NCBI GenBank assembly: GCA_964418885.1
Contig: CAYQNW010000010.1
Coordinates: 455-64,454 of the forward strand
Direction of reading: 5' to 3'
DNA: 64,000 bases
Source of the DNA: an uncultured Ignavibacterium sp.
GTDB taxonomy: Bacteria > Bacteroidota > Ignavibacteria > Ignavibacteriales > Ignavibacteriaceae
Every line of letters begins with the position of its first letter. The stretch's first letter is position 1. Shown here piece by piece: positions 28,629 through 37,700 of this stretch. A program made the position numbers and the translations under genes. The notes below the pieces were generated by a model. It was not told the DNA's origin. It saw only the letters and a list, made by a program, of their open reading frames with translations, and searched no databases.

Positions 28629-30779
28629 TCATTCTATTCTTAAATGATTTCCCTCAACGATTATATTATGCTTTTTATTATCGACAGTAAAATTTTTAAG
28701 AATCAGTTTTTTAACTTTCTCAGGAAGCATTGGTGAGTATTTTTCTTCTAAGCCATTATCTGTCAATCTCAAACCGGTATACCCAAAAATAACCTGTTGA
28801 AGAAAAGATCCTGCCCCGGTAATGAAATTTACAGAATTATTTGTATGTGTTTCAGCCAGAACATTAAATGGTGGTCTAAGATAACCATATAAGGTGTTGG
28901 TTATAATTGCATTAAATAAACTATCCATTCCCAATTCTGCAGCAATAATAGGAACGAAGTTCGTACCCATCATTGCGCCGGCACCATGCTTTCCTAAACT
29001 TTTTACAGCGTGTATTAAATTATTTCTCTTTGTATTATCACTCATCTTCATTTGAAGCGGATAGCTGAGTAGATTGACGACACTAGACCAAAGTTGAGTG
29101 GCTCCAACATCAGCGAGTGCAGTTCCATAAGTGGGATGGTATTCCTCTTTATCATTATATGGGATAAACATTTTTTTGCTGATTTCTCCCCATTTAGGAT
29201 TCTTCTTAGTTCCAAGAACATCACTTACTTTATCTGCTAACTCTAGGTTTATTTTTGCCACTGAATTAGTGTAGGTTTCGTTGCTTACACCAATCAATCC
29301 TTCGCTTACCGACACTACCTTCCCAATTTCATATCTGTCTTTTTCTTTGTTATAATTTACCCTGCTTGTCCAGAAGTCTGCTGTTGCAGAAATCACTTTT
29401 GACCCATAATTGTTTAGCCAGTTCGTATCTCTTGTAGCCAGAAAATATTGCCATTGAGCCAGAGCTACATCTCCAACCACATGATTTTCCCCAATTGCAT
29501 TTTGATGGGCGAAATAAGGAGTGCTTTCTTCTCCAAGATCGTCAGATTCCCAGGGATACATTGCCCCTTTGTAATTATTTTTCATTGCATTTTCTTCAGC
29601 ACTTTTAAGAGTATTGTATCTGAACATTATTATTGATTTTGCCATACCAGGATGCATAAATAAAAGCGGGGGAAACATATAAGTATCTGCATCCCAGAAT
29701 ATATGTCCATAGTATCCGCTGGTAGCTAATCCCATCGGAGGAATACTGAAATGTGTGTTTTTATCGACGCTACAAAGAAGATAGAAAATCATGGAATGAA
29801 TGATCTTTTGTAAAGAGTTATCCCCTTCAATTACTATATCGGTTTTCCATAAGTTGTTCCATTCTTTTTTATGGTCATCCAATAATTTATTAAAGCCTTC
29901 ATATGCAGCAGCAGTACAAATTTCCCCTGCTTTCTCAACATCCGCCCCGGGGACAATTGAAACGAATTTATAAAAAGTATATTTCACTCCTTTCTCAGGA
30001 AGAAACTTTATTATTATTTCAGTGGATTTATTTCTGTCAACAGAAGAAATCTCTGGGTTTGAAACATTTATTTCATAATAAACTTCAGAGGCAATGGATA
30101 CTTTTGTATTTCTTCCTTCGCTTTTTGTGAGAGCCTGAATTTGACCCCCGTTTGAACTTTTTTTGGAGTTAATCTTTAAAACTTCAACAAACCCTGGATA
30201 CCATTCTGCAGGCCAGGTACCAGGTGGATTTGGTTTAATTGTTTCAAGTTTTGCTAAAGGCATTCGCTGTGGTTTTTCTCTTTCCTTAATAGGAAATGAT
30301 AATTTTATAGTATCAGAAAAGTTCGTGGATAAATCAAATTTTATTACTGCAAGATTTTGATTTTTTCTTGAAACAAATGTTAAGATATTTAAATCTGTTT
30401 TTTTACTATCTACATTCCAGCTGTAATTTGTTTCAAGCAGGCCATTATACATATCAAGTTTTTGAGAATAATTTGTTATCTCCGTTGAGTCATTAGGCGC
30501 AGTATCATTTAGCCATCTTTTGCTGTTAAAATAATTTATTTCATTCCATTCAGGAAGACAAGCAATTCTTGGAATATCATCTTTCGCGTGATCGTAAAGT
30601 TTTATTATATAAGATTCTGCCGGAAAGCTTCCTAACTGCGACGAAGACAAACTAAAATGACCATTCCCTAAATAAGCTGGGAAATAAGTTCCTGATTTAT
30701 GAGCAGTAATAAGAAAACCAGCATCCTGAGGAAAGATTAAATTTCGGCAAAGCATGAAAAGAATTAAAAGCTTATACAC
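28629..30779 (-). CDS. Secreted glycoside hydrolase family 65 protein (probable alpha-glucoside hydrolase)
   Basis: GTG start and a hydrophobic N-terminal leader. GH65 central-domain blocks YYGHIFWDADTYMFPPLL, GAMYPWESDDLGEESTP, ENHVVGDVALAQWQYFLATRDTNWL and VSNETYTNSV (conserved Glu position). Confidence 0.75.
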   Translation of the reverse strand: MYKLLILFMLCRNLIFPQDAGFLITAHKSGTYFPAYLGNGHFSLSSSQLGSFPAESYIIKLYDHAKDDIPRIACLPEWNEINYFNSKRWLNDTAPNDSTEITNYSQKLDMYNGLLETNYSWNVDSKKTDLNILTFVSRKNQNLAVIKFDLSTNFSDTIKLSFPIKEREKPQRMPLAKLETIKPNPPGTWPAEWYPGFVEVLKINSKKSSNGGQIQALTKSEGRNTKVSIASEVYYEINVSNPEISSVDRNKSTEIIIKFLPEKGVKYTFYKFVSIVPGADVEKAGEICTAAAYEGFNKLLDDHKKEWNNLWKTDIVIEGDNSLQKIIHSMIFYLLCSVDKNTHFSIPPMGLATSGYYGHIFWDADTYMFPPLLFMHPGMAKSIIMFRYNTLKSAEENAMKNNYKGAMYPWESDDLGEESTPYFAHQNAIGENHVVGDVALAQWQYFLATRDTNWLNNYGSKVISATADFWTSRVNYNKEKDRYEIGKVVSVSEGLIGVSNETYTNSVAKINLELADKVSDVLGTKKNPKWGEISKKMFIPYNDKEEYHPTYGTALADVGATQLWSSVVNLLSYPLQMKMSDNTKRNNLIHAVKSLGKHGAGAMMGTNFVPIIAAELGMDSLFNAIITNTLYGYLRPPFNVLAETHTNNSVNFITGAGSFLQQVIFGYTGLRLTDNGLEEKYSPMLPEKVKKLILKNFTVDNKKHNIIVEGNHLRIE

Positions 30780-30837
30780 AGTTACTCCAAATTTTACAGA
30801 CCAGATATTAGCAAAAAATTATTGATGTGAAAATTTA

Positions 30838-30882
30838 ATAAAAAAATTGCAGCATAAACATTTTGATCTGCTTATGCTGCAA
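30838..30882 (-). terminator. Rho-independent terminator of the TonB-dependent receptor gene
   Basis: Perfect 11-bp stem (ttgcagcataa / ttatgctgcaa, 30847-30857 and 30872-30882). On the minus strand it is followed by TTTTTTTATT. Confidence 0.7.
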
Positions 30883-30913
30883 ATAAGATTTGACTTATGA
30901 AACAATTAAACCA

Positions 30914-33424
30914 CTAAAAGTCTACACCAATAGAAAATCTAATTGAACGACCTAATAGAGGACGACCATTTTTTGCTATTGGATCACGGGGATCTCCTTC
31001 AGTTAATCCCTCGGAATTTGTCAAGTTATCTCCGCTAGCTCCGAACGTGATACCACTTGCTGTTACTACGTTTACTCCAAAGTCCAGCTTGGTATATGAA
31101 TCTAACTGATAAGAGTTGCTTCTGTCATTCCATCTTTTACCTGCATATTTAAAGGCACCAAAAAGAACAGCAGTCAGGCTTTGAGATAATTGGAAATTAT
31201 AACTGGGTGCGATTCTGAATTGCAAATCCGGTTGACGCCATAATTTATTGTTTACAATTGTCGGATCACTGGATTCAGTTATTTCACCACTTTGTACTGT
31301 GCCTGTTAACTGAATTCTTAAAGCATTAACACTTAAAGCAGCATCAATTTCCGAACCGAAAGTTCTTGTTTTTAAAAGTGCAGCAGCAAATGTTGAACCA
31401 ACACCTCCATCAAATAGCTCAACTGTATTTAAAAACCCGGTTAAGAATAAACTGAAAACATCACGTTGATACTTTATTCCTAATTCATATTGATTAAACA
31501 AGTTTGAACCTAAAGTACCGTCCTGCAACGTACCGCTCTCTAATTTATAACTGCTTCCTTCTCTTATATTATCAAACCAGGGGAAGTTTACACCTTTTGT
31601 ACCACGAACATAAACTCCAAAATCAGGATTAAATGCATAGTTTAATGCTGCCGTTCCTGCCCAATCTTTTCCATCCAGCGATGCCGTCATATCAATTACT
31701 CCATCAGGAACATCCCCTGCATCAAGAGTAAAGTTCAGATTAAAGAAATGATATCTTGCACCAAGATCAAGTCTGAATTTGTCAGTTATTTGCCATGAAT
31801 CACCGGCATAAATTGCAAAGACTCTTGCATCGCCGGCTTCGTTCAGACCATAATTCCAGCTCGGCCAAACACTATCAGCCGGAACATTAGCTATTATATC
31901 ACCATTAGTTATAGCCTCAATTGGCACATGATTTCCAAGCGTCCAGAAATCATCTGTAGTCCAGTAAGCCTGGTATGCACCAATCGTCAGGTTATGCTGC
32001 TTAACTTTCTTTGTTATGCTTATATCATTTGTAAATGATTCAATTTTTTTCTGCACAACCCAGCTGCCATAACTCTGAACATAACCGGAAGTAAGGGTTT
32101 GACCACCAACGGTCATAATTGGACTTCCACCAAGTTTAGATCTTAAAGCAGAAACACTCAATGGATTCCCATTTGGAACAAACCCGTAAGTATCCGCATT
32201 TCCTTTTGTGTAAGATAAATTATCCTTAACAGTCCAACCTTTTCCTAAATCATAATCAAAATTTAATCCATTGACCATTCCTTTCCATCCACGTCCATTC
32301 GAAAAATCAAAATTAGCACTATCACCCTGGGCATTAATTGCCAACATCCGGTACCTGGTTGTATTTCCAAGAGGTGAAAATGTTCCAAGATTATTTCCAA
32401 TTCCTAAAGCCATTGGTAGAATCCATTGACCATGATCATCAGTCAGTCTTGAAAATACATTTACAGAACCATTATCAAACGCTTTAGTAAGCTGTACAGT
32501 TAGTTGTTGACCGTTCTCCGAATTAAACTGGGTATTTCTAATGCCTGGTGAAGTTCTGAAATAACCGCCAACCATATAATAGAATTGGTTTGAAATCGGG
32601 CCGCTCAATACCGCATCAACTCTTTGTTCACTATAATCTGATGCGGTATATTTTACTCTTCCTTTAGTTATATCAGTTCCTCTTATCAGATTAAAGTTTG
32701 TAGTCAACCCGGCTTCACCATTTGAAAATACAGCGCCAGGCCCACCTCTTAAAGCTTCTGTTGAAGCAATAGTTTCATCAATTCTGAAGAGAGTACTTTG
32801 TTCCAGGAAAGAGAGAGTTTCAGTCCCGTAAATAGGCGCACCATTAATAGAGAATGTTACAAATGGTGCATCGCCACCTGATGGTAATCCACTTACCATA
32901 ATATTTGCACCGGCAACACCACCGGTACTTTCAGACCATACTCCCGGTACTAAATCTAATGCTGCTGCAGTACTTGGTGGAGACATTTGTTCCATTTCGC
33001 GTGGGGAGATTGTAGTAACTGAAAAACTAGCATCTTTCTTTTTTATACCTGTACCGCCGGCAGTACCCGAAATAACTACACCCTCCATTTGTAGAACATC
33101 CTGTGTCAGTGTAAAATTCTGTGTTGTAGTTTCACCACCGGTAACCGTAATTGAAACGACAACGGTCTTATAACCTACAGCACTTGCTTGAAGATCATAG
33201 GTTCCAGCAGGAACATTTGAAATACTGTAATTCCCGCTTGCATCTGACGCAGCACCAATATTAGTTCCAACTATTAGAACATTAGCAAACGGTACGGCAT
33301 TATTTTGTGGATCTGAAATCATTCCTGTGACTGTACCTTGGGCAAACGCCAGGTTACAAAAAAGAAAAGTGATTATTACAAAGGTAATTGTTTGCAATAA
33401 CCGAATTGTGAATTTATTATACAT
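30914..33424 (-). CDS. TonB-dependent receptor with N-terminal CarboxypepD_reg-like domain
   Basis: Strong SD (AGGAGG) and signal peptide ...CNLAFAQG. Carboxypeptidase-regulatory-like domain (GTVTGMISD...GNYSISNVPAGTYDLQASAVGYK), plug, long barrel, terminal ...FSIGVDF. No SusD-like gene is adjacent. Confidence 0.85.
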   Translation of the reverse strand: MYNKFTIRLLQTITFVIITFLFCNLAFAQGTVTGMISDPQNNAVPFANVLIVGTNIGAASDASGNYSISNVPAGTYDLQASAVGYKTVVVSITVTGGETTTQNFTLTQDVLQMEGVVISGTAGGTGIKKKDASFSVTTISPREMEQMSPPSTAAALDLVPGVWSESTGGVAGANIMVSGLPSGGDAPFVTFSINGAPIYGTETLSFLEQSTLFRIDETIASTEALRGGPGAVFSNGEAGLTTNFNLIRGTDITKGRVKYTASDYSEQRVDAVLSGPISNQFYYMVGGYFRTSPGIRNTQFNSENGQQLTVQLTKAFDNGSVNVFSRLTDDHGQWILPMALGIGNNLGTFSPLGNTTRYRMLAINAQGDSANFDFSNGRGWKGMVNGLNFDYDLGKGWTVKDNLSYTKGNADTYGFVPNGNPLSVSALRSKLGGSPIMTVGGQTLTSGYVQSYGSWVVQKKIESFTNDISITKKVKQHNLTIGAYQAYWTTDDFWTLGNHVPIEAITNGDIIANVPADSVWPSWNYGLNEAGDARVFAIYAGDSWQITDKFRLDLGARYHFFNLNFTLDAGDVPDGVIDMTASLDGKDWAGTAALNYAFNPDFGVYVRGTKGVNFPWFDNIREGSSYKLESGTLQDGTLGSNLFNQYELGIKYQRDVFSLFLTGFLNTVELFDGGVGSTFAAALLKTRTFGSEIDAALSVNALRIQLTGTVQSGEITESSDPTIVNNKLWRQPDLQFRIAPSYNFQLSQSLTAVLFGAFKYAGKRWNDRSNSYQLDSYTKLDFGVNVVTASGITFGASGDNLTNSEGLTEGDPRDPIAKNGRPLLGRSIRFSIGVDF

Positions 33425-33824
33425 AGTTCCTCCTAAATATTAGTTGATTAGCCGGAAAATTATTTTGGAAGTATATCCGGAGTTTAATGTGCTGAGTTGC
33501 GATATGTACTATAATTCATAACATTTTGAATAAGATGATTATTATTCATAGTTCTGTTCTTGAATCTGCCATAATTTTTAAAAAATTATACCATTCCCAT
33601 AATATCAATTGTTTTATGGGCAGACTGAAAAATCATCCGTTTATCCACCCACGTTTTTTCAAATTAAGTATATATGTCTAAATACACAAGTATCCAGATC
33701 ACATGATCTATTGCTTATTGAAAACAATTAAGATTCGGACATCTTTATTTATTATTTTTTCATTCTTGTTAAAATTTTAATATTTTCTATTCACATACAC
33801 ATAAAATTTAAACCTTCCGAGGAT

Positions 33825-35072
33825 GTGATGAGGAATTTTAAAGTAAAGCTGTCACTCTATATAAATTATTTTGTAATAGGGCTGATGCTCAATAGTGTGG
33901 GGATTGTCATACTGCAGGTGATAATTCATTACAATGTAAGTGAAGGGGCCGCAAGCGTTCTTGAAGCATTTAAGGACCTGTCAATTGCTATATTTTCCTT
34001 TCTGCTTGCATCATACATTCCAAAGTTCGGGTATAAAAGATCGATGCTGACTGCACTGCTTGTTGTAACAGCAGCTTCACTTGGTATGAGATTTTTCGAT
34101 GGTTTCTTAATGTCCAAAATATTATTTGCGGCAACCGGTTTCAGTTTTGGTTTGATTAAGGTTTCCGCTTATTCTACAGTAGGACTTATAACGGAAAACT
34201 CCGATGAACATGCAAGCGTAATGAGTGTGCTGGAAGGAATCTTCCAGGTTGGCGTTCTGTCTGGTTACTGGATATTTGGATTTTTTATTGGAGATGGCGA
34301 TCCGGGTTCCGAAGGTTGGTTAAACACTTACTGGGTGCTAGCAGTACTTTGTCTTATAGCATTTTTCAATCTGCTTACTGTTAAATTGGATGAAAGTGAA
34401 GTTCGGAAAGAAGAAGAAAAGTTTTCGATCATTCATGAGTTTGTTGAAATGATTGCATTAATACGTTTCCCACTTGTTTTGGTTTTTATTTTTAGTGCCT
34501 TCATTTATGTCCTTATTGAACAAAGCATTCAAACATGGTTACCTACTTTTAATAAGAGTATTCTCCAGTTGCCCAATTCTATTAGTGTTCAGATAGTAAG
34601 TATTTTTGCCGGTGCAATTGCATTCGGAAGAATTGCAAGTGGATACTTCATCAAAAAATTTTCCTGGATGAAAGTTCTAACAACGGTTATTCTTTGTGCA
34701 ATGCTTCTTGTTGTTCTGGTTCTTCCAATTACAAGTGGAATCAAAGTTGGTTCAATAAATAACTGGATGGAAGTTCCGTTGGCAGGATTTCTTTTACCGA
34801 TGATAGGGCTTTTTCTAGGTCCCATTTACCCGGCGTTAAATTCTTCAATACTCAGTATACTTCCAAAGCACAGGCAAAGTGCAATGAGTGGACTTATTGT
34901 AATCTTCTCAGCACTCGGTGGAACCACAGGTTCTTTAATAACAGGGTACATTTTCGGACACTTCAGCGGACAAACTGCATTTTATTTTTCTCTTGTACCG
35001 ATGGGAGTGTTGTTTGCAGTTCTCTTCTTTTACAGCAACATCAGGAAAAAGTTTAAGTTCGAGGAGTTTTAA
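33825..35072 (+). CDS. MFS transporter (probable sugar importer)
   Basis: 415 aa, about 12 TM helices. GTG at 33825 or ATG at 33828. The stop overlaps the trehalase ATG (TAATG). Confidence 0.8.
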   Translation: MMRNFKVKLSLYINYFVIGLMLNSVGIVILQVIIHYNVSEGAASVLEAFKDLSIAIFSFLLASYIPKFGYKRSMLTALLVVTAASLGMRFFDGFLMSKILFAATGFSFGLIKVSAYSTVGLITENSDEHASVMSVLEGIFQVGVLSGYWIFGFFIGDGDPGSEGWLNTYWVLAVLCLIAFFNLLTVKLDESEVRKEEEKFSIIHEFVEMIALIRFPLVLVFIFSAFIYVLIEQSIQTWLPTFNKSILQLPNSISVQIVSIFAGAIAFGRIASGYFIKKFSWMKVLTTVILCAMLLVVLVLPITSGIKVGSINNWMEVPLAGFLLPMIGLFLGPIYPALNSSILSILPKHRQSAMSGLIVIFSALGGTTGSLITGYIFGHFSGQTAFYFSLVPMGVLFAVLFFYSNIRKKFKFEEF

Positions 35073-36571
35073 TGAGTTTACAAAAAGAAGATTATATACA
35101 GGTTTCAGGCAGATTATTTACAGCAGTACAATCTTCAGGAACATTTAAAGATTCAAAAACTTTTGTTGATTCAATCCCTAAAGACGATCCCAAATTAATT
35201 AATGAGCTCTATAAAAGTGAAAGGATTAAAAGTTCATTTAATCTTAAAACTTTTGTCCGTTCACATTTTAATGTTCCATCAGAAATTCAGGAAAAACTAT
35301 TCTTAACTGAAGAACGGAATATGCAGAAACACATTAAAACGCTTTGGGATGTTTTAAAGAGGGAGGCTCCTTCCAAAGTAAACGTGCATAGCACTTTAAT
35401 TCCAATTCCGAAGCCGTACATAATTCCCGGCGGAAGATTCAGAGAAATTTATTACTGGGACAGCTACTTTACGATGCATGGGCTTCTTGCCGATGGTGAA
35501 TTAAAAACTGTAGAAAATATGATCGATAATTTTTCCTATTTAATCGATGAAGTTGGTTTTATTCCTAACGGAAACAGGGTTTACTACTTAACCAGGTCGC
35601 AACCACCATTCTTTGCTGCTATGATCGACTTAGTATGCAGATTCAATAAAGATTACAACTGGGGATTGAAATATTTATCCCGGCTTGAAAAAGAATACCA
35701 ATTTTGGTGTGGTGATGACAGTAATCATGTTGTTAATCTTACTGATGGAAATACATTAAACAGGTATTTTGATCCTGAAGAATTGCCAAGAGAAGAGTCT
35801 TATTTTGAAGATGTCCAAACGGCACAAAATTTACCTATTGATCAAAAGGGGAAGTTATACCAGAACCTTAGAGCCGGTGCGGAATCGGGATGGGATTTTT
35901 CAAGCAGATGGTTCAAGGATGAAAAATCACTTTCAACTATTCATGCTGTAGATATTCTCCCTGTTGATCTTAATTGTCTTTTATACTTTTCGGAAAGTTT
36001 GATTTCCAGATTAAATGATTTAAAAAGCGACAAAAACAGAAGTAAAATATTTGATAAAATGGCAATAAGTCGCGCTGAATTAATTAATCAAATATTCTGG
36101 GATGAAAAAGAAGGTTTCTATTTCGATTATAACTGGAGTGAACAAAAAAGAACGAAGGTGTTTTCATTAGCAGCCTGCTACCCGTTATACTTTAAAATTG
36201 CTGAAAAGGAGATGGCTGAATCTGTAAAAGAAAAAATAGAATCGGATTTCCTGAGAGATGGTGGAGTTTTAACAACGTTAAATTTTACCGGTCAGCAATG
36301 GGATGCACCAAATGGTTGGGCACCGCTTCAGTGGATTGCGATTAAAGGATTACGCAATTATGGCTTCAATGATACTGCGAGTAAAATTAAAGACCGTTGG
36401 CTTACGTTAAACGAAAATGTTTATAATCGAACAGGTAAAATGTTTGAAAAGTATGATGTTGATGATATTACCTTACATGCAGGTGGTGGGGAATATCCTT
36501 TACAGGACGGATTCGGCTGGACAAACGGTATTGCGAGTGCTTTACTGAATAACATGGACGAAGAAAAGTAA
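35072..36571 (+). CDS. Alpha,alpha-trehalase, GH37, cytoplasmic type
   Basis: GH37 signature blocks PGGRFREIYYWDSYF, RSQPPFF, ESGWDFSSRW, QWDAPNGWAPLQW and GGGEYPLQDGFGWTNG. No signal peptide. Confidence 0.93.
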   Translation: MSLQKEDYIQVSGRLFTAVQSSGTFKDSKTFVDSIPKDDPKLINELYKSERIKSSFNLKTFVRSHFNVPSEIQEKLFLTEERNMQKHIKTLWDVLKREAPSKVNVHSTLIPIPKPYIIPGGRFREIYYWDSYFTMHGLLADGELKTVENMIDNFSYLIDEVGFIPNGNRVYYLTRSQPPFFAAMIDLVCRFNKDYNWGLKYLSRLEKEYQFWCGDDSNHVVNLTDGNTLNRYFDPEELPREESYFEDVQTAQNLPIDQKGKLYQNLRAGAESGWDFSSRWFKDEKSLSTIHAVDILPVDLNCLLYFSESLISRLNDLKSDKNRSKIFDKMAISRAELINQIFWDEKEGFYFDYNWSEQKRTKVFSLAACYPLYFKIAEKEMAESVKEKIESDFLRDGGVLTTLNFTGQQWDAPNGWAPLQWIAIKGLRNYGFNDTASKIKDRWLTLNENVYNRTGKMFEKYDVDDITLHAGGGEYPLQDGFGWTNGIASALLNNMDEEK

Positions 36572-36674
36572 TTAATACAATTGGGAAGAATTATTCTTGT
36601 CACTACTTTCTTAGTTTGAACTTACCTTATCAAAACGGTAGCTTTACAAATCTTAATATTACAGGAGAAGCTTG

Positions 36675-37592
36675 ATGAAAATCACTCAATACATAACTCT
36701 GATTTTATTATTACAATTAATTACTTTACTAAACGGATGTGGGGAAAAACTTAAACAAAAAGGAAGTCCCGAATACATAAAAGAAATTCAGCAGTGGCAT
36801 CAGAAAAGAGAAGATAGATTAAGGAAAGAAAACGGCTGGTTAAACCTTGTTGGATTATATTGGTTAAAAGAGGGTGAAAATATTTTTGGTTCTGCAAAAG
36901 ATAATGATATTAAATTCCCGGCAAATGCACCTGAACATATTGGAATTCTTACCTTGAATGACAGCATTGTTACTATCAGTGTAAATGAAGGCGTTAAAGT
37001 TTTACATGACAGCGAAGAAGTTAAGACGATGATTTTAGGAAATGATCTGGATGAAAACACTACCATCTTAAAATCAGGAACCTTAAGATGGTATATCATC
37101 AAAAGAGGAGAAAAGTACGGCGTGAGGTTACGTGATCTTAAATCTCCGTTGATAAAAGAATTTAAGGGAATAGATATATTTCCGATTAATGAAGACTGGA
37201 AATTCAATGCTCGATTTATTCGATATGATTCACCTAAAAAGGTGGAGATTCCGACAATTATCGGAACAACGGAGGAAGACCTCGCCCCGGGCTATCTTTC
37301 ATTTAGCTTTGATGGAAAAGAATATAAGCTGGTAGCATTGCAAAGCAGTAATGGATTCTTTATCATTTTCGCCGATCAAACATCTGGAGAAGAAACTTAT
37401 GGTGCGGGAAGATTTCTCTATACTGATGAACCAGATTCAAACGGTAACGTAATACTTGATTTTAACAAAGCTTATAATCCGCCATGTGCGTTCACTAGGT
37501 TTGCTACGTGTCCGCTTCCCCCAAAGCGGAATTATCTACATCTTAAAGTTCTTGCCGGGGAGAAAAAATATGGGGAAGGACATCTGGGATAA
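36675..37592 (+). CDS. DUF1684 domain lipoprotein
   Basis: ATG 8 nt after AGGAGA (the ORF track starts 3 nt earlier at TTG). Lipobox LLNGC. The C-terminal block YNPPCAFTRFATCPLPPKRN is typical of DUF1684. Confidence 0.75.
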   Translation: MKITQYITLILLLQLITLLNGCGEKLKQKGSPEYIKEIQQWHQKREDRLRKENGWLNLVGLYWLKEGENIFGSAKDNDIKFPANAPEHIGILTLNDSIVTISVNEGVKVLHDSEEVKTMILGNDLDENTTILKSGTLRWYIIKRGEKYGVRLRDLKSPLIKEFKGIDIFPINEDWKFNARFIRYDSPKKVEIPTIIGTTEEDLAPGYLSFSFDGKEYKLVALQSSNGFFIIFADQTSGEETYGAGRFLYTDEPDSNGNVILDFNKAYNPPCAFTRFATCPLPPKRNYLHLKVLAGEKKYGEGHLG

Positions 37593-37635
37593 ATAAAGGA
37601 CCAATTATTTTCTATTAGATATGTTCAATAAAAAT

Positions 37636-37661
37636 TCAGCCGGCGTTTTTGCACCGGCTGA
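37636..37661 (-). terminator. Hairpin terminator between convergent genes
   Basis: Stem tcagccgg / ccggctga (8 bp). On the minus strand it is followed by AATTTTTATT, which fits termination of the T9SS cargo gene better than of the + strand gene. Confidence 0.55.
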
Positions 37662-37700
37662 AAGTTAACATTCTAATATCTTCTTGTAAGACCGTTGTAA

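Noticed and set aside
36800-37207. 135-aa minus-strand ORF inside the DUF1684 gene
   Set aside because: It is antisense to an ORF with a recognisable lipoprotein signal and a conserved C-terminal DUF1684 block. No independent support.
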